Assembly (NCBI GenBank): GCA_902599555.1
Contig: CACKFQ010000001.1
Location: 83,204 to 147,203 of the forward strand
DNA from: an uncultured Candidatus Actinomarina sp.
GTDB taxonomy: Bacteria; Actinomycetota; Acidimicrobiia; Actinomarinales; Actinomarinaceae
Length of the DNA stretch: 64,000 nt
Direction: 5' to 3'
The notes beneath the pieces are model-generated. The model was not told the origin of the DNA. It saw only the letters and a list, made by a program, of their open reading frames with translations, and searched no databases. A program made the translations under genes and the position numbers. Numbering within the stretch: position 1 is the stretch's first letter; every line of letters begins with the position of its first letter. This document shows positions 1 through 9,316 of this stretch, one piece after another.

Positions 1-876
1 GCAGGAGTTCATAGTGGAGATTCTACTGCTGTTCTTCCACCATTTAGTATTACGGACAGCATGATAAAGGAAATTGAAGACAAGAGTACGACCCTTGCAA
101 AAGCCCTTGGTGTAAAAGGGTTATTAAATATTCAATTTGCTATTAAAGATGATAGATTATTTATTCTAGAGGCAAATCCAAGAGCTTCAAGAACTATGCC
201 TTTTGTGTCAAAAGTGACGGGAAACCAAATAATCAAAGCTGGCACCCTTTTGATGCTTGGACATAGTTTGGATTCAATCAAAAAAACTACCAATTATTTG
301 AATAGTTCAACAAATAAAGTAGCTATTAAAAAAGCTATTTTTCCTTGGTCAAGATTTCCAGCTGAAGATACAATGCTTGGCCCTGAAATGAAAGCAACAG
401 GAGAAGTGTTGGGAATTGGAAGAAGTTTTGGAGTTGCTTTAAATAAAGCTTATGCAGCTGCAGGAGTTGAAATAAATGAAAATGAAAAAGGAATTTTTGT
501 ATCTCTTAGCGATCAAGAAAAACCTAATTTTATAAAAATTGTAAAAACTTATTCCGACTTGGGATTCAAAATTTATTCAACATACGGAACAGGAGAATAC
601 TTAAAAAATAACGATATTAACTCAACTATTGTTGGAAGGGCTGATGAGACCTTTCCAACCTCTTTGACTATTATTCAAGATAAATTAATTTCACTTGTTA
701 TCAATACACCAACATTTGCAAATGAATATACAGATGGATGGAAAATTAGGAGACTCTCTCATGAAACTGGAGTTGCAGTAGTCTCATCTGTCAGAGAAGC
801 TGAAGCTTTTTTAAAGGCATTTTTAGAAACTACAAAATCTTTTGAAGACATGGAGGCAATACAAAATGTCAGTTAA
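1..876 (+). CDS. carB: Carbamoyl-phosphate synthase large subunit, C-terminal part (5' partial; the reading frame is open from base 1)
   Basis: Frame 1 is open from nt 1 and encodes AGVHSGDS...ILEANPRASRTMPFVSKVTG, the CarB second ATP-grasp motifs, followed by the MGS-like C-terminal domain. The ORF-track start at 61 is an internal Met. Confidence 0.85.
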   Translation, partial: AGVHSGDSTAVLPPFSITDSMIKEIEDKSTTLAKALGVKGLLNIQFAIKDDRLFILEANPRASRTMPFVSKVTGNQIIKAGTLLMLGHSLDSIKKTTNYLNSSTNKVAIKKAIFPWSRFPAEDTMLGPEMKATGEVLGIGRSFGVALNKAYAAAGVEINENEKGIFVSLSDQEKPNFIKIVKTYSDLGFKIYSTYGTGEYLKNNDINSTIVGRADETFPTSLTIIQDKLISLVINTPTFANEYTDGWKIRRLSHETGVAVVSSVREAEAFLKAFLETTKSFEDMEAIQNVS

Positions 877-1504
877 ACCAATATTCTTTGCATTAGATGG
901 TAAATCATTATCTGAATTTGAATTTGAACTAAAGATATTAAAAGATCATATATACGGAGTAAAAGTAGGCCTTGAACTCTTTGTTTCTGAAGGGCCATCT
1001 GTTGTAGAAAAGTTAAAAAAACAAGGATGGCAAGTTTTTTTAGACCTAAAACTTCATGATATACCAAATACTATTAAGGAAGCTACAAGAAGTGCAGCAA
1101 ACCTTGGAGCAGATTTTTTAACAATTCATATTGCTTCTACTAGCGATGCCTTAATTGAAGCATCAAACACTAAAGGCAACACTCTACAAATTCTTGGTGT
1201 TAGCAGTGCATTAACCAGTAGGGCTATGACTAACTCAGTAAGTGAAGAAGTGAACAAAGAGTTTAAAGAAGCAAAGGAATGTGGTGTTGACGGAGTAATT
1301 TGTCCAGCTTCAGAAATACCTAAAACAAAAGAGATATTTGATTTAATTGTAACTCCTGGAATACGTCTTAAAAATGATGACAAGAATGACCAAAAAAATG
1401 TTGCAACACCTAATTTTGCAATCAATGAAGGTGCAAAATATATAGTTATGGGAAGATCTATAAGAAATAATCTCGACTACATTATCAATGATTTAGAGTT
1501 ATGA
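866..1504 (+). CDS. pyrF: Orotidine 5'-phosphate decarboxylase
   Basis: DLKLHDIPNT motif plus conserved Lys/Asp context. The ORF opens at 842, but the Met at 866 (MSVKPIFFALD) fits family N-termini better and reduces overlap with carB. Confidence 0.8.
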   Translation: MSVKPIFFALDGKSLSEFEFELKILKDHIYGVKVGLELFVSEGPSVVEKLKKQGWQVFLDLKLHDIPNTIKEATRSAANLGADFLTIHIASTSDALIEASNTKGNTLQILGVSSALTSRAMTNSVSEEVNKEFKEAKECGVDGVICPASEIPKTKEIFDLIVTPGIRLKNDDKNDQKNVATPNFAINEGAKYIVMGRSIRNNLDYIINDLEL

Positions 1505-2178
1505 AAACATTTATTGCAGCACCATTTGGAAATTATATTAAAACATCAAACACAATCTCCGTTACTGGAAGCTGGACTATAGAAAAACGTAAAGGTCGTA
1601 TAAAGCAAATTGTAAAAACACTGAGATACACCAAAAGAGGGTGGGTTAACAAAATAGGCTTAAGAAATCCGGGATTTGAACATGGTATAAAAAATCATAA
1701 AAAAAATGAGGTATTTTCAATAGCTGGAATTGAGGAAGATGATTGGAAAATTTTTGCTGAATTGATTCCTAGTGATACAAATCTAGAAGTAAATATGTCA
1801 TGCCCAAATATTGAAAGCCACTTTACTTCAGGAATTGAAAAATTCAGTCATGAGTCTCGCCAGTGGTATATTGGGAAGATTTCTCCATTAACAACTTTTG
1901 ATGAGTTAGAAAAATATATAAATGAATTTAACTTTAAACAAATCCATGCTTGTAATACCTTGCCTATTAAAAAAGGTGGTTTAAGTGGAAAAGAACTTAT
2001 CCCATATACTTCTAAATTTATTAAGCATGTAAAGCAGTACTATCCTCATATTGAGATTATTGCTGGTGGAGGAATATCTGAAAAAAAAGATATTGAGCAT
2101 TATGTTGAGTTAGGCGCAGATCACATAAGTCTTGGAAGTGTATGTTTTAATCCAGTAAAATTAGGAAGGTTATTATGA
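1501..2178 (+). CDS. pyrD: Dihydroorotate dehydrogenase family protein, unusually short (225 aa)
   Basis: NKIGLRNPGF, FSIAG, NMSCPN (active-site Cys) and C-terminal GGGIS...GAD motifs align with class 1 DHOD. It lies downstream of pyrF. The N-terminal ~60 aa and part of the core appear to be missing. Confidence 0.65.
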   Translation: MKTFIAAPFGNYIKTSNTISVTGSWTIEKRKGRIKQIVKTLRYTKRGWVNKIGLRNPGFEHGIKNHKKNEVFSIAGIEEDDWKIFAELIPSDTNLEVNMSCPNIESHFTSGIEKFSHESRQWYIGKISPLTTFDELEKYINEFNFKQIHACNTLPIKKGGLSGKELIPYTSKFIKHVKQYYPHIEIIAGGGISEKKDIEHYVELGADHISLGSVCFNPVKLGRLL

Positions 2179-2531
2179 ATTTATTTATTAGAGAAGATTT
2201 TATTTCACACGCAGGATTGCCATTGACTTGGAAGGTCGAATGTGATGCGTTAAGTGAGGGTGATTACGAAGCGCTTGCAAAAATAGTAAGCGAAAAAATT
2301 AAATTTAAAGATGTTGTTGGTATACCTCGTGGAGGTATTCCTTTTGAAAATGCCCTTAAACAGTATGCATCTAATGACGAAAATGATCCGTTGTTAATTT
2401 GTGACGATGTATATACAACTGGTACATCAATGAGAGAGGTTTATCAAGAGGGTGCAATTGGTATTGTGGTTTTTGCAAGGAATAAGATTACAGATGATTG
2501 GATTAAGGCAATTTGGCAAATGTCAATCTAG
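2175..2531 (+). CDS. Small phosphoribosyltransferase-domain protein (possible minimal orotate PRTase)
   Basis: PRPP-binding motif LLICDDVYTTGTSM is present. It is co-operonic with the pyr genes. At 118 aa it is much shorter than canonical PyrE. Confidence 0.45.
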   Translation: MNLFIREDFISHAGLPLTWKVECDALSEGDYEALAKIVSEKIKFKDVVGIPRGGIPFENALKQYASNDENDPLLICDDVYTTGTSMREVYQEGAIGIVVFARNKITDDWIKAIWQMSI

Positions 2532-2962
2532 TCTTCAAATTTACTAATTCTCCTTAGATATCTCTCTTCTTTAATTAACATAGCGTCTAAAAAACTTTCA
2601 ACAATATTTATAACATTTTCCTCATTTATATTATTTGCACCTAAACATAGAACATTTACATCATTGTGTTCAACACTTTGTATTGCAGTGTCTTCATCAA
2701 TTACATTTGAAGCTCTTATTCCTTTGATTTTATTAGCAGCAATTGACATACCTACACCACTTCCACAAATCAATAATCCTCTTGAGGATTCATTATTGAG
2801 TACAAAATCACAAGCTTCTTTTGCAAAGTCTGGAAAGTCACAACTCTCTTCACTATTAGTTCCAAAATCATTTATGTTAATTTCTCTTTTAAGATTGTTA
2901 ACAATATAATTTTTCAGTTTGTATCCAGCATGGTCAGATGCAATTGCTAAATTTTGAATCAT
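2528..2962 (-). CDS. rpiB: Ribose-5-phosphate isomerase B
   Basis: N-terminal IASDHAGYKLK motif, ~144 aa and the LacAB/RpiB fold signature GSGVGMSIAANK. Confidence 0.8.
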   Translation of the reverse strand: MIQNLAIASDHAGYKLKNYIVNNLKREININDFGTNSEESCDFPDFAKEACDFVLNNESSRGLLICGSGVGMSIAANKIKGIRASNVIDEDTAIQSVEHNDVNVLCLGANNINEENVINIVESFLDAMLIKEERYLRRISKFED

Positions 2963-4329
2963 TAAATTAATTTTTCTATATTTAAAAGCTCATCAATTTC
3001 TTCACTTGAGATCAAGTTTTTCTCAAGTAAAACTTCTTTAATTGTTTTGTTTTGTGACATTGCTTCTTTAGCAACTTCAGCAGATTTGTCATAACCAATT
3101 ACAGGCACAAGAGCAGTGACTAAAATTGAATTTTTTTGAATATTTTCATCAAGCTTTTCTGTATTTGCTTCTAAATTATTTATTAATTTTTTTTCAAATA
3201 CATTGGTACTAGTGGTCAAAAGCTCAATACTTTCAAGTAGATTGTGTGCCATAATAGGCAACATTGTATTCAATTCAAAATTTCCATTAGATGAAGAAAA
3301 AGTAATTGTGTTGTCATTTCCTATTACTTGTGCAGAAACTTGCATAACCATTTCAGGTATTACTGGATTAACTTTACCAGGCATTATTGAAGAGCCAGGC
3401 TGCAACGCAGGAATAATTAACTCATTTAGTCCAGAGACAGGTCCACTACCCATCCACCTAATATCATTTGCAATTTTAAACATAGATACTGCAAAAGCTT
3501 TTAAGCAACCTGACAAATGAACAACTTCTTCTCTAGACCCTTGACGAGTAAAATGGTTTTCTACTTCAACAAAATTTATACCTAATGATTTTGAAATCTC
3601 TTTTGCAACATCTTTACCAAAATTATCAGGTGCATTAATTCCTGTACCAACTGCTGTACCACCAATAGCCAATTTACTGGCATTTATTAGTGATAATTTA
3701 ATATCTTCTAGTCTCTCTGATAAAAGTGCTGAATATCCGCTAAATTCTTGTCCAAGGGAAACAGGCGTTGCATCCATTAAATGAGTGCGTCCATTTTTGT
3801 ATACTTTTTCCCATTTTTTGGCTTTATCATCAAGCGATTGAATTAAACTTTCAACTGCTGGAATCAAATTTTGAACAATTTCTGTTACAGCAGCGACATT
3901 AGTGGCTGTTGGAATTACATCATTTGATGACTGACTCATGTTTACGTGGTCATTTGGATGAATATTTTCACTTAAACTTTCTGAAGCAATTCTTGAAATT
4001 ATTTCATTAGCATTCATATTTGTTGAGGTGCCTGATCCAGTTTGAAATATATCCACAACAAAATCTTTGTCATAATCACCGTCAATTACCTGTTGTGCTG
4101 CATCAATAATAGAATCTGCAAAATTTTTATCTAATAATTTATTGTTTCGATTTACTTTCGCACAAGCTTTTTTAATCTCACCCAATGCTTTAATAAAGGA
4201 TCTAGAAAATCTAAGGTTTGATATTGGGAAATTCTCTACTGCTCTTGCAGTAGATGCTCCATATCTAGCATCTATTGGAACTTGAAACTCTCCCATTGAG
4301 TCTTTTTCAGTTCTAAATTGTTCTGTCAT
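2962..4329 (-). CDS. Class II fumarase/aspartase superfamily lyase (aspartate ammonia-lyase-like)
   Basis: Signature GSSIMPGKVNPVIPE and N-terminal EKDSMGE..VP.DARYGA.TARA. The NPVIPE form resembles aspartase more than FumC (NPTQ). Length is 455 aa. Confidence 0.7.
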   Translation of the reverse strand: MTEQFRTEKDSMGEFQVPIDARYGASTARAVENFPISNLRFSRSFIKALGEIKKACAKVNRNNKLLDKNFADSIIDAAQQVIDGDYDKDFVVDIFQTGSGTSTNMNANEIISRIASESLSENIHPNDHVNMSQSSNDVIPTATNVAAVTEIVQNLIPAVESLIQSLDDKAKKWEKVYKNGRTHLMDATPVSLGQEFSGYSALLSERLEDIKLSLINASKLAIGGTAVGTGINAPDNFGKDVAKEISKSLGINFVEVENHFTRQGSREEVVHLSGCLKAFAVSMFKIANDIRWMGSGPVSGLNELIIPALQPGSSIMPGKVNPVIPEMVMQVSAQVIGNDNTITFSSSNGNFELNTMLPIMAHNLLESIELLTTSTNVFEKKLINNLEANTEKLDENIQKNSILVTALVPVIGYDKSAEVAKEAMSQNKTIKEVLLEKNLISSEEIDELLNIEKLI

Positions 4330-5028
4330 TTACTGTTCCTGATATTGAGTGTATCCACCAGAATCAACTTCTTCAATAAGTTCTTTAGATCCTGATTTTA
4401 CGACATTTCCTTTTACTACGATATGGACTCTATCAACATCTAGGTACCTTAAAATTCTTGAGTAATGCGTGACTAATAGATAAGAGGTTTCATCATCTCT
4501 GTTTTCATTAATTAAATTAGCTACTGTCTTAATAGCGTCGATATCCAAACCTGAATCAATTTCATCTAATAAAGCTAGTTTTGGATTTTTTAATGCAAGC
4601 TGAAAGAGTTCAGAACGTTTCTTTTCTCCACCTGACAAATCAACATTTACATCTCTATCTAAAAACTCTTCAACATTAAATTTCTTAGCAACAGAAACTA
4701 TTTCCTCTTCGTTTAACCCTTCTGTTGAAGCAGTAACAAACTCCATTAAAGATACTCCGGGAAGGCCAACAGGATATTGATATGATTGAAATATTCCATC
4801 ATCTGCTCTTTCGAACTGAGGCTTTCCTAATATTTCACTACCATTTAGTTTTATCTCACCATTAGCCTCAAAATCTGGATTTCCCATTAAAACATGGCAT
4901 AATGTGGACTTACCAGAACCATTTGGCCCCATAACGGCGTGGAGCTCACCTTTACCAATTTCTAAATCCACCCCATTCAAAATTTTTACATCACCAATAT
5001 TTGCGTATAAATTACTAATCTTAAGCAT
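4330..5028 (-). CDS. sufC: Fe-S cluster assembly ATPase SufC
   Basis: Walker A GPNGSGKST and ABC signature LSGGEKKR. It is small at 232 aa and sits in an operon with sufB/sufD. Confidence 0.9.
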   Translation of the reverse strand: MLKISNLYANIGDVKILNGVDLEIGKGELHAVMGPNGSGKSTLCHVLMGNPDFEANGEIKLNGSEILGKPQFERADDGIFQSYQYPVGLPGVSLMEFVTASTEGLNEEEIVSVAKKFNVEEFLDRDVNVDLSGGEKKRSELFQLALKNPKLALLDEIDSGLDIDAIKTVANLINENRDDETSYLLVTHYSRILRYLDVDRVHIVVKGNVVKSGSKELIEEVDSGGYTQYQEQ

Positions 5029-5329
5029 CTAAATTTTCCTTAACTACTATAAAATCTCCATCAACTTCAGTTGTAAAAACGGTAACCGGTTTTGTAGCTG
5101 GTAACGTTAAAGCTTCACCAGTTTTCAAATCAAACTCTGCACCATGAAGAGGGCACTCTACCTTGCAATCATAAACTTCTCCGTCTGCAAGATCTGCTTC
5201 GGAATGTGAGCACATGTTTTGGATAGCATAAAAATCTTCATCTACTTTAAATACTGCTACAGTAGTGCCATTTATATCTATTTTTGCTACAGGGTTATCT
5301 TCAAATTCTGAAAGCTTAATAGTATTCAT
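5021..5329 (-). CDS. Rieske (2Fe-2S) domain protein embedded in the suf operon
   Basis: CSH...C.LHG Rieske boxes (CSHSEADL...CPLHGAEF). Its position between sufD and sufC is typical of actinobacterial suf operons. Confidence 0.8.
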   Translation of the reverse strand: MNTIKLSEFEDNPVAKIDINGTTVAVFKVDEDFYAIQNMCSHSEADLADGEVYDCKVECPLHGAEFDLKTGEALTLPATKPVTVFTTEVDGDFIVVKENLDA

Positions 5330-5331
5330 GC

Positions 5332-6489
5332 TTACTTTGATCTTTCCAGTACATTTAAATATTTTTGCATAATTTCCTCAGAAACTTTATCAGAAATAGA
5401 TTCCCAACCATCTTCGCTGATAACTTCATTAAAAAATCCTCTTATTAGTAATTTTTCTGCTGCAGTTTTATCTATTCCTCTAGACATAACATAATGATAT
5501 AAATTTTCCTCGATAGGTCCTACAGATGATCCATGGCCACAAATAACATCATCACATAAAATTTCTAAATTAGGTACTGACTGAGCACTTGCAGTTTCTG
5601 AAAGTAGTATATTTCTATTTTCTTGGTGAGATTCTGTTTTTTCAGCACCTTCAGCGATGTGTATTGTTCCTGTAAATACTGATTTACTTTCATCACCTAG
5701 AACGCCCTTGGTTAACATATTTGATGTTGTTCTTTTTGCTATATGATTTACAAAAACTCTATTATCGTGAACTTGAGATTTTTCTCCAAAATAAACACCG
5801 TCAATATTGAACCCTGCTCCGTCACCTATTAAGTCGACATCTATCCTATTTCTAGAAAATGAACCGCCTGTACTTATAGTATGAATATTGAAAAACCCAT
5901 CTTTTTCAACTCTTGCAAATATTGAATTTATAATATCTAATTCTTTTTTAGCATCAGCATCAATAATCAATTCCAAATTAGAGTTGTTATTAGTTAAAAC
6001 TTCAATTATTGAGTAAACATTTGCATCTAAAGAATCTCCAAACTTTATAGATAATTTTGCTGTGACATTCTTTTCAACATTTATTCCAATATAGGGAGTT
6101 GATAAACCTGTATTTTGTAGATTGAGTGTAACAAATTCTTGATTATTTTCTTTAAAGTCAATAATTATTCCACCATTACACTTTTGATATTGTTGCGCCA
6201 AAAATCTGTCAACAGGCCTTAAAGCGTAATCAGCAATCAATGGCTCAGAGAGATCATTCAGATCAGTAACACTGAAAGTCTCATTGTCTTTACAAATAAA
6301 CTCATTTGAATTAAATACAATGTCAAAATCTGTGTTTTCAACTAAATCATTATTTTCTTCTTCAACTTTAAAATCATTTATTGATTCAGATATGTTTGTG
6401 TATTTCCAATCTTCATCTTTTGTTGATATTTCTTTCAATGAGTCGTAAGGCTCTGAAATTAATTTTTTTGAAAACACTTTATTATTCAA
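5332..6489 (-). CDS. sufD: Fe-S cluster assembly protein SufD
   Basis: SufB/SufD-family C-terminal beta-helix region and its position immediately downstream of sufB. Confidence 0.8.
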   Translation of the reverse strand: MNNKVFSKKLISEPYDSLKEISTKDEDWKYTNISESINDFKVEEENNDLVENTDFDIVFNSNEFICKDNETFSVTDLNDLSEPLIADYALRPVDRFLAQQYQKCNGGIIIDFKENNQEFVTLNLQNTGLSTPYIGINVEKNVTAKLSIKFGDSLDANVYSIIEVLTNNNSNLELIIDADAKKELDIINSIFARVEKDGFFNIHTISTGGSFSRNRIDVDLIGDGAGFNIDGVYFGEKSQVHDNRVFVNHIAKRTTSNMLTKGVLGDESKSVFTGTIHIAEGAEKTESHQENRNILLSETASAQSVPNLEILCDDVICGHGSSVGPIEENLYHYVMSRGIDKTAAEKLLIRGFFNEVISEDGWESISDKVSEEIMQKYLNVLERSK

Positions 6490-6502
6490 TTTTTATGAAA
6501 CC

Positions 6503-7912
6503 TTAACCTATTGCGCCAGCTTCTATCATATTAAGTTCTATAAGTTTGTTGAACTCCATTGCATATTCCATAGGCAAGGTTTTAGTAAACTCTTCAACAA
6601 AGCCAGCAACAACCATAGATGTTGCTTCAGCTTCAGAGAGACCTCTACTCATCAAATAAAATAACTGATCTTCACCAACTTTTGAAACAGTAGCCTCATG
6701 ACCAATCTCAGCAGTAGATTCTTCAATCTCCATATAAGGATATGTATCGGATCTAGATTTATCATCTAATATTAACGCATCGCATCTTACAAAACTTTTA
6801 GCAGTTTCAGACCCATCTTCTACTCTTACCAAACCTCTGTAAGCACCTCTTCCTCCGCCTTTTGAAATTGATTTTGATGTGATTAGAGAAGTTGTGTCTG
6901 GAGCCAAATGTACCATCTTTGCTCCAGTATCTTGATGTTGCCCAGAATTAGCAAAGGCAACAGATAACACTTCTCCATGAGCACCAGGCTCCATTAAGTA
7001 AACCGAAGGGTATTTCACAGTTAATGAAGAACCAATGTTGGCATCAATCCATTCCATTGTTGCATTTGCAAATGCTTGAGCTCGTTTAGTAACTAGATTA
7101 AATACATCATTTGACCAGTTTTGAATAGTTGTATATCTACATGTTCCAGATGGTTTTACAATAATTTCAACAACTGCTGAATGTAAAGCATCAGTAGTGT
7201 AAACAGGAGCAGAACATCCTTCTATATAGTGTACAGAAGCTCCCTCATCAACAATTATTAGTGTTCTTTCGAACTGACCCATGTTTTCAGCATTAATTCT
7301 GAAATAAGCTTGAAGAGGGTCTTCAATATGTACGCCTTTTGGTACATAAATAAATGATCCTCCCGACCAAACTGCTGAGTTAAGTGCAGCAAATTTATTG
7401 TCACCTGGTGGTATTACCGTTCCAAAATATTCCTGTACAAGCTCTGGATACTCTCTTACAGCAGTATCCATATCACAAAAAATTACTCCTAATTTTTCAA
7501 GATCTTCTCTATTTCTGTGATAAACAACTTCACTTTCGTATTGTGCGGTAACGCCGGCAAGATAACTTCTCTCAGCTTCGGGTATGCCAAGTTTTTCATA
7601 AGTTTCTTTAATCTCATCAGGAACCATGTCCCAAGAGTCAGCCTGCTCTTCGGTAGGCTTGATGTAGTAATAAATATCGTCAAAGTCTAAAGAGTCCAAT
7701 TTTTCTTTAGCTACCCATTCAGGCATTGGCTTGTCTAAAAACCTTTTATATGCTTTCAATCTAAAATCAAGCATCCACTCTGGTTCTTCTTTAATTTCTG
7801 ACATCTTTCTAATGATGTCCTCATTAAGACCTTTTTCAGGTTTAAAAACATTTTTTTCAGGGTCAGACCACCCAAGCGAGTACTTTCCTAAATCAATATC
7901 AACATTTGCCAT
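6503..7912 (-). CDS. sufB: Fe-S cluster assembly protein SufB
   Basis: 469 aa with conserved SufB motifs (e.g. [22 protein letters not shown]) and the characteristic N-terminus. Confidence 0.9.
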   Translation of the reverse strand: MANVDIDLGKYSLGWSDPEKNVFKPEKGLNEDIIRKMSEIKEEPEWMLDFRLKAYKRFLDKPMPEWVAKEKLDSLDFDDIYYYIKPTEEQADSWDMVPDEIKETYEKLGIPEAERSYLAGVTAQYESEVVYHRNREDLEKLGVIFCDMDTAVREYPELVQEYFGTVIPPGDNKFAALNSAVWSGGSFIYVPKGVHIEDPLQAYFRINAENMGQFERTLIIVDEGASVHYIEGCSAPVYTTDALHSAVVEIIVKPSGTCRYTTIQNWSNDVFNLVTKRAQAFANATMEWIDANIGSSLTVKYPSVYLMEPGAHGEVLSVAFANSGQHQDTGAKMVHLAPDTTSLITSKSISKGGGRGAYRGLVRVEDGSETAKSFVRCDALILDDKSRSDTYPYMEIEESTAEIGHEATVSKVGEDQLFYLMSRGLSEAEATSMVVAGFVEEFTKTLPMEYAMEFNKLIELNMIEAGAIG

Positions 7913-7993
7913 ACATTTATTTTAATAATGTGCTGGTTAAATCATAAAAAGTATTGATTTAATTTATTTCCTTAAGTAGTTATTATTTTTTAT

Positions 7994-8428
7994 ATGCCAG
8001 CAATTTTTATAAATCCTAATACTGAAGAACACATAAATTTATTGAATCGTCTAAAAGAACAGAATCAAGATTTAAGAGTTTTTATATCAGACAAAATTGA
8101 AAAAGGGTTTATAGAAAAATTACCTGGAAAAAAAGCAATAGGCGATATTTACGATGATTCACATATATACACAGCTTCTGAAGGAGCATTTTGTGGAATA
8201 TTTTATGAAGGCTCTGAAAATTTTTTAAGAGAAGTGTTTATAAAGTCAATTAAACAATCATCATTAAAAAGAATTTTATGGATATCTAATCAAAAAGAAT
8301 CGGATAAAATTACAGAATTAGATAATTTAACTTATATTTTTTGTAACAAAGATTCAAATTATGAAGATACTGTTTTGGAATTAGAAGAAATTGATGAAGT
8401 AAGTGATAAATTTATCGATTTATCCTAA
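7994..8428 (+). CDS. Hypothetical protein (144 aa), possible partner of the downstream methyltransferase
   Basis: Clean ORF with a 49-nt gap to the MTase gene on the same strand. No recognisable motif. Confidence 0.4.
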   Translation: MPAIFINPNTEEHINLLNRLKEQNQDLRVFISDKIEKGFIEKLPGKKAIGDIYDDSHIYTASEGAFCGIFYEGSENFLREVFIKSIKQSSLKRILWISNQKESDKITELDNLTYIFCNKDSNYEDTVLELEEIDEVSDKFIDLS

Positions 8429-8476
8429 AAAACTTTGAACTTAGATTACTAGATTGTAAAGTTGTAAAATTCTATT

Positions 8477-9316
8477 ATGAAGAAAAATTCATTTTTTAAA
8501 TCTGGTTCCGGAGCTCGAAAAGCATTTGTTTCTAACTTCCAAGATAAAACAGAATTAAAAGAATTCACAGACACAAACAATAAATCAGAAATAGTAGATG
8601 AAATTTTTCACAAAAGCTCTGAAAATATGGAGGAGCTTGAAAATAATTCTGTTAGCCTCACAGTCACATCCCCTCCTTACAACATTGGTAAGGATAGCGA
8701 CATAGATTTAACTGATGATGAGTACTGGTCAATGATGGAAAATATTTTTAAAGAAACATATAGAGTTACTGAATCCGGGGGGAGACTTGTTGTAAATGTT
8801 GCTAATTTAGGCAGGAAACCTTATATTCCTTTTTCAAAATACTTCACAGAGCTTTTAATTGAGACTGGTTTTATTATGCGTGGTGAAATCATCTGGCAAA
8901 AGTCCAAAGGAGCTAATGCTAATTTTGCCTGGGGTAGCTGGCTATCGGCATCCAACCCAGTAATTAGAGACATTCATGAATATTGTTTAGTATTTTCAAA
9001 AGATTCACTTAAAAAATCTACTCAAGGTGAATCTTCTCTTGAAAAAGAAGAATTTATGGAATCTACACTTTCTATATGGAATATAAACCCAGCGAGAGCA
9101 AAGAAAATAGGTCATCCTGCTCCATTTCCAATAGAACTGCCACAAAAATTTATAAATCTATACACATACAAAAATGATTTAATTCTTGATCCTTTCCTAG
9201 GAAGCGGAACAACAGCTTTAGCAGCAAAGTTATTGGAACGAAATTTTGTTGGTTATGAAATTGAAGAAGAGTACATCCAAATAGCTAAAAATAGATTAAA
9301 AAAAGAAGTTAATTAA
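8477..9316 (+). CDS. DNA methyltransferase, beta-class amino-MTase (N4-cytosine or N6-adenine), apparently orphan
   Basis: Motif IV SPPY near the N-terminus and motif I LDPFLGSGTT near the C-terminus, the beta-class permutation. No recognisable restriction endonuclease is adjacent. Confidence 0.8.
   Translation: MKKNSFFKSGSGARKAFVSNFQDKTELKEFTDTNNKSEIVDEIFHKSSENMEELENNSVSLTVTSPPYNIGKDSDIDLTDDEYWSMMENIFKETYRVTESGGRLVVNVANLGRKPYIPFSKYFTELLIETGFIMRGEIIWQKSKGANANFAWGSWLSASNPVIRDIHEYCLVFSKDSLKKSTQGESSLEKEEFMESTLSIWNINPARAKKIGHPAPFPIELPQKFINLYTYKNDLILDPFLGSGTTALAAKLLERNFVGYEIEEEYIQIAKNRLKKEVN

Noticed and set aside
873-1425. Antisense ORFs (873-1067, 1126-1425) inside pyrF
   Set aside because: They are fully embedded in a well-supported coding gene on the opposite strand, show low-complexity or odd composition and lack motifs, so they are spurious.
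2664-3520. ORFs 2664-2909 (+) and 3203-3520 (+) overlapping rpiB and the lyase gene
   Set aside because: They are antisense to strongly supported genes and have no independent evidence.
7489-7925. Short ORFs at 7489-7683 (-) and 7731-7925 (+) near the sufB 5' end
   Set aside because: Both lie inside or overlap sufB, which is complete and conserved. They show no motif support.
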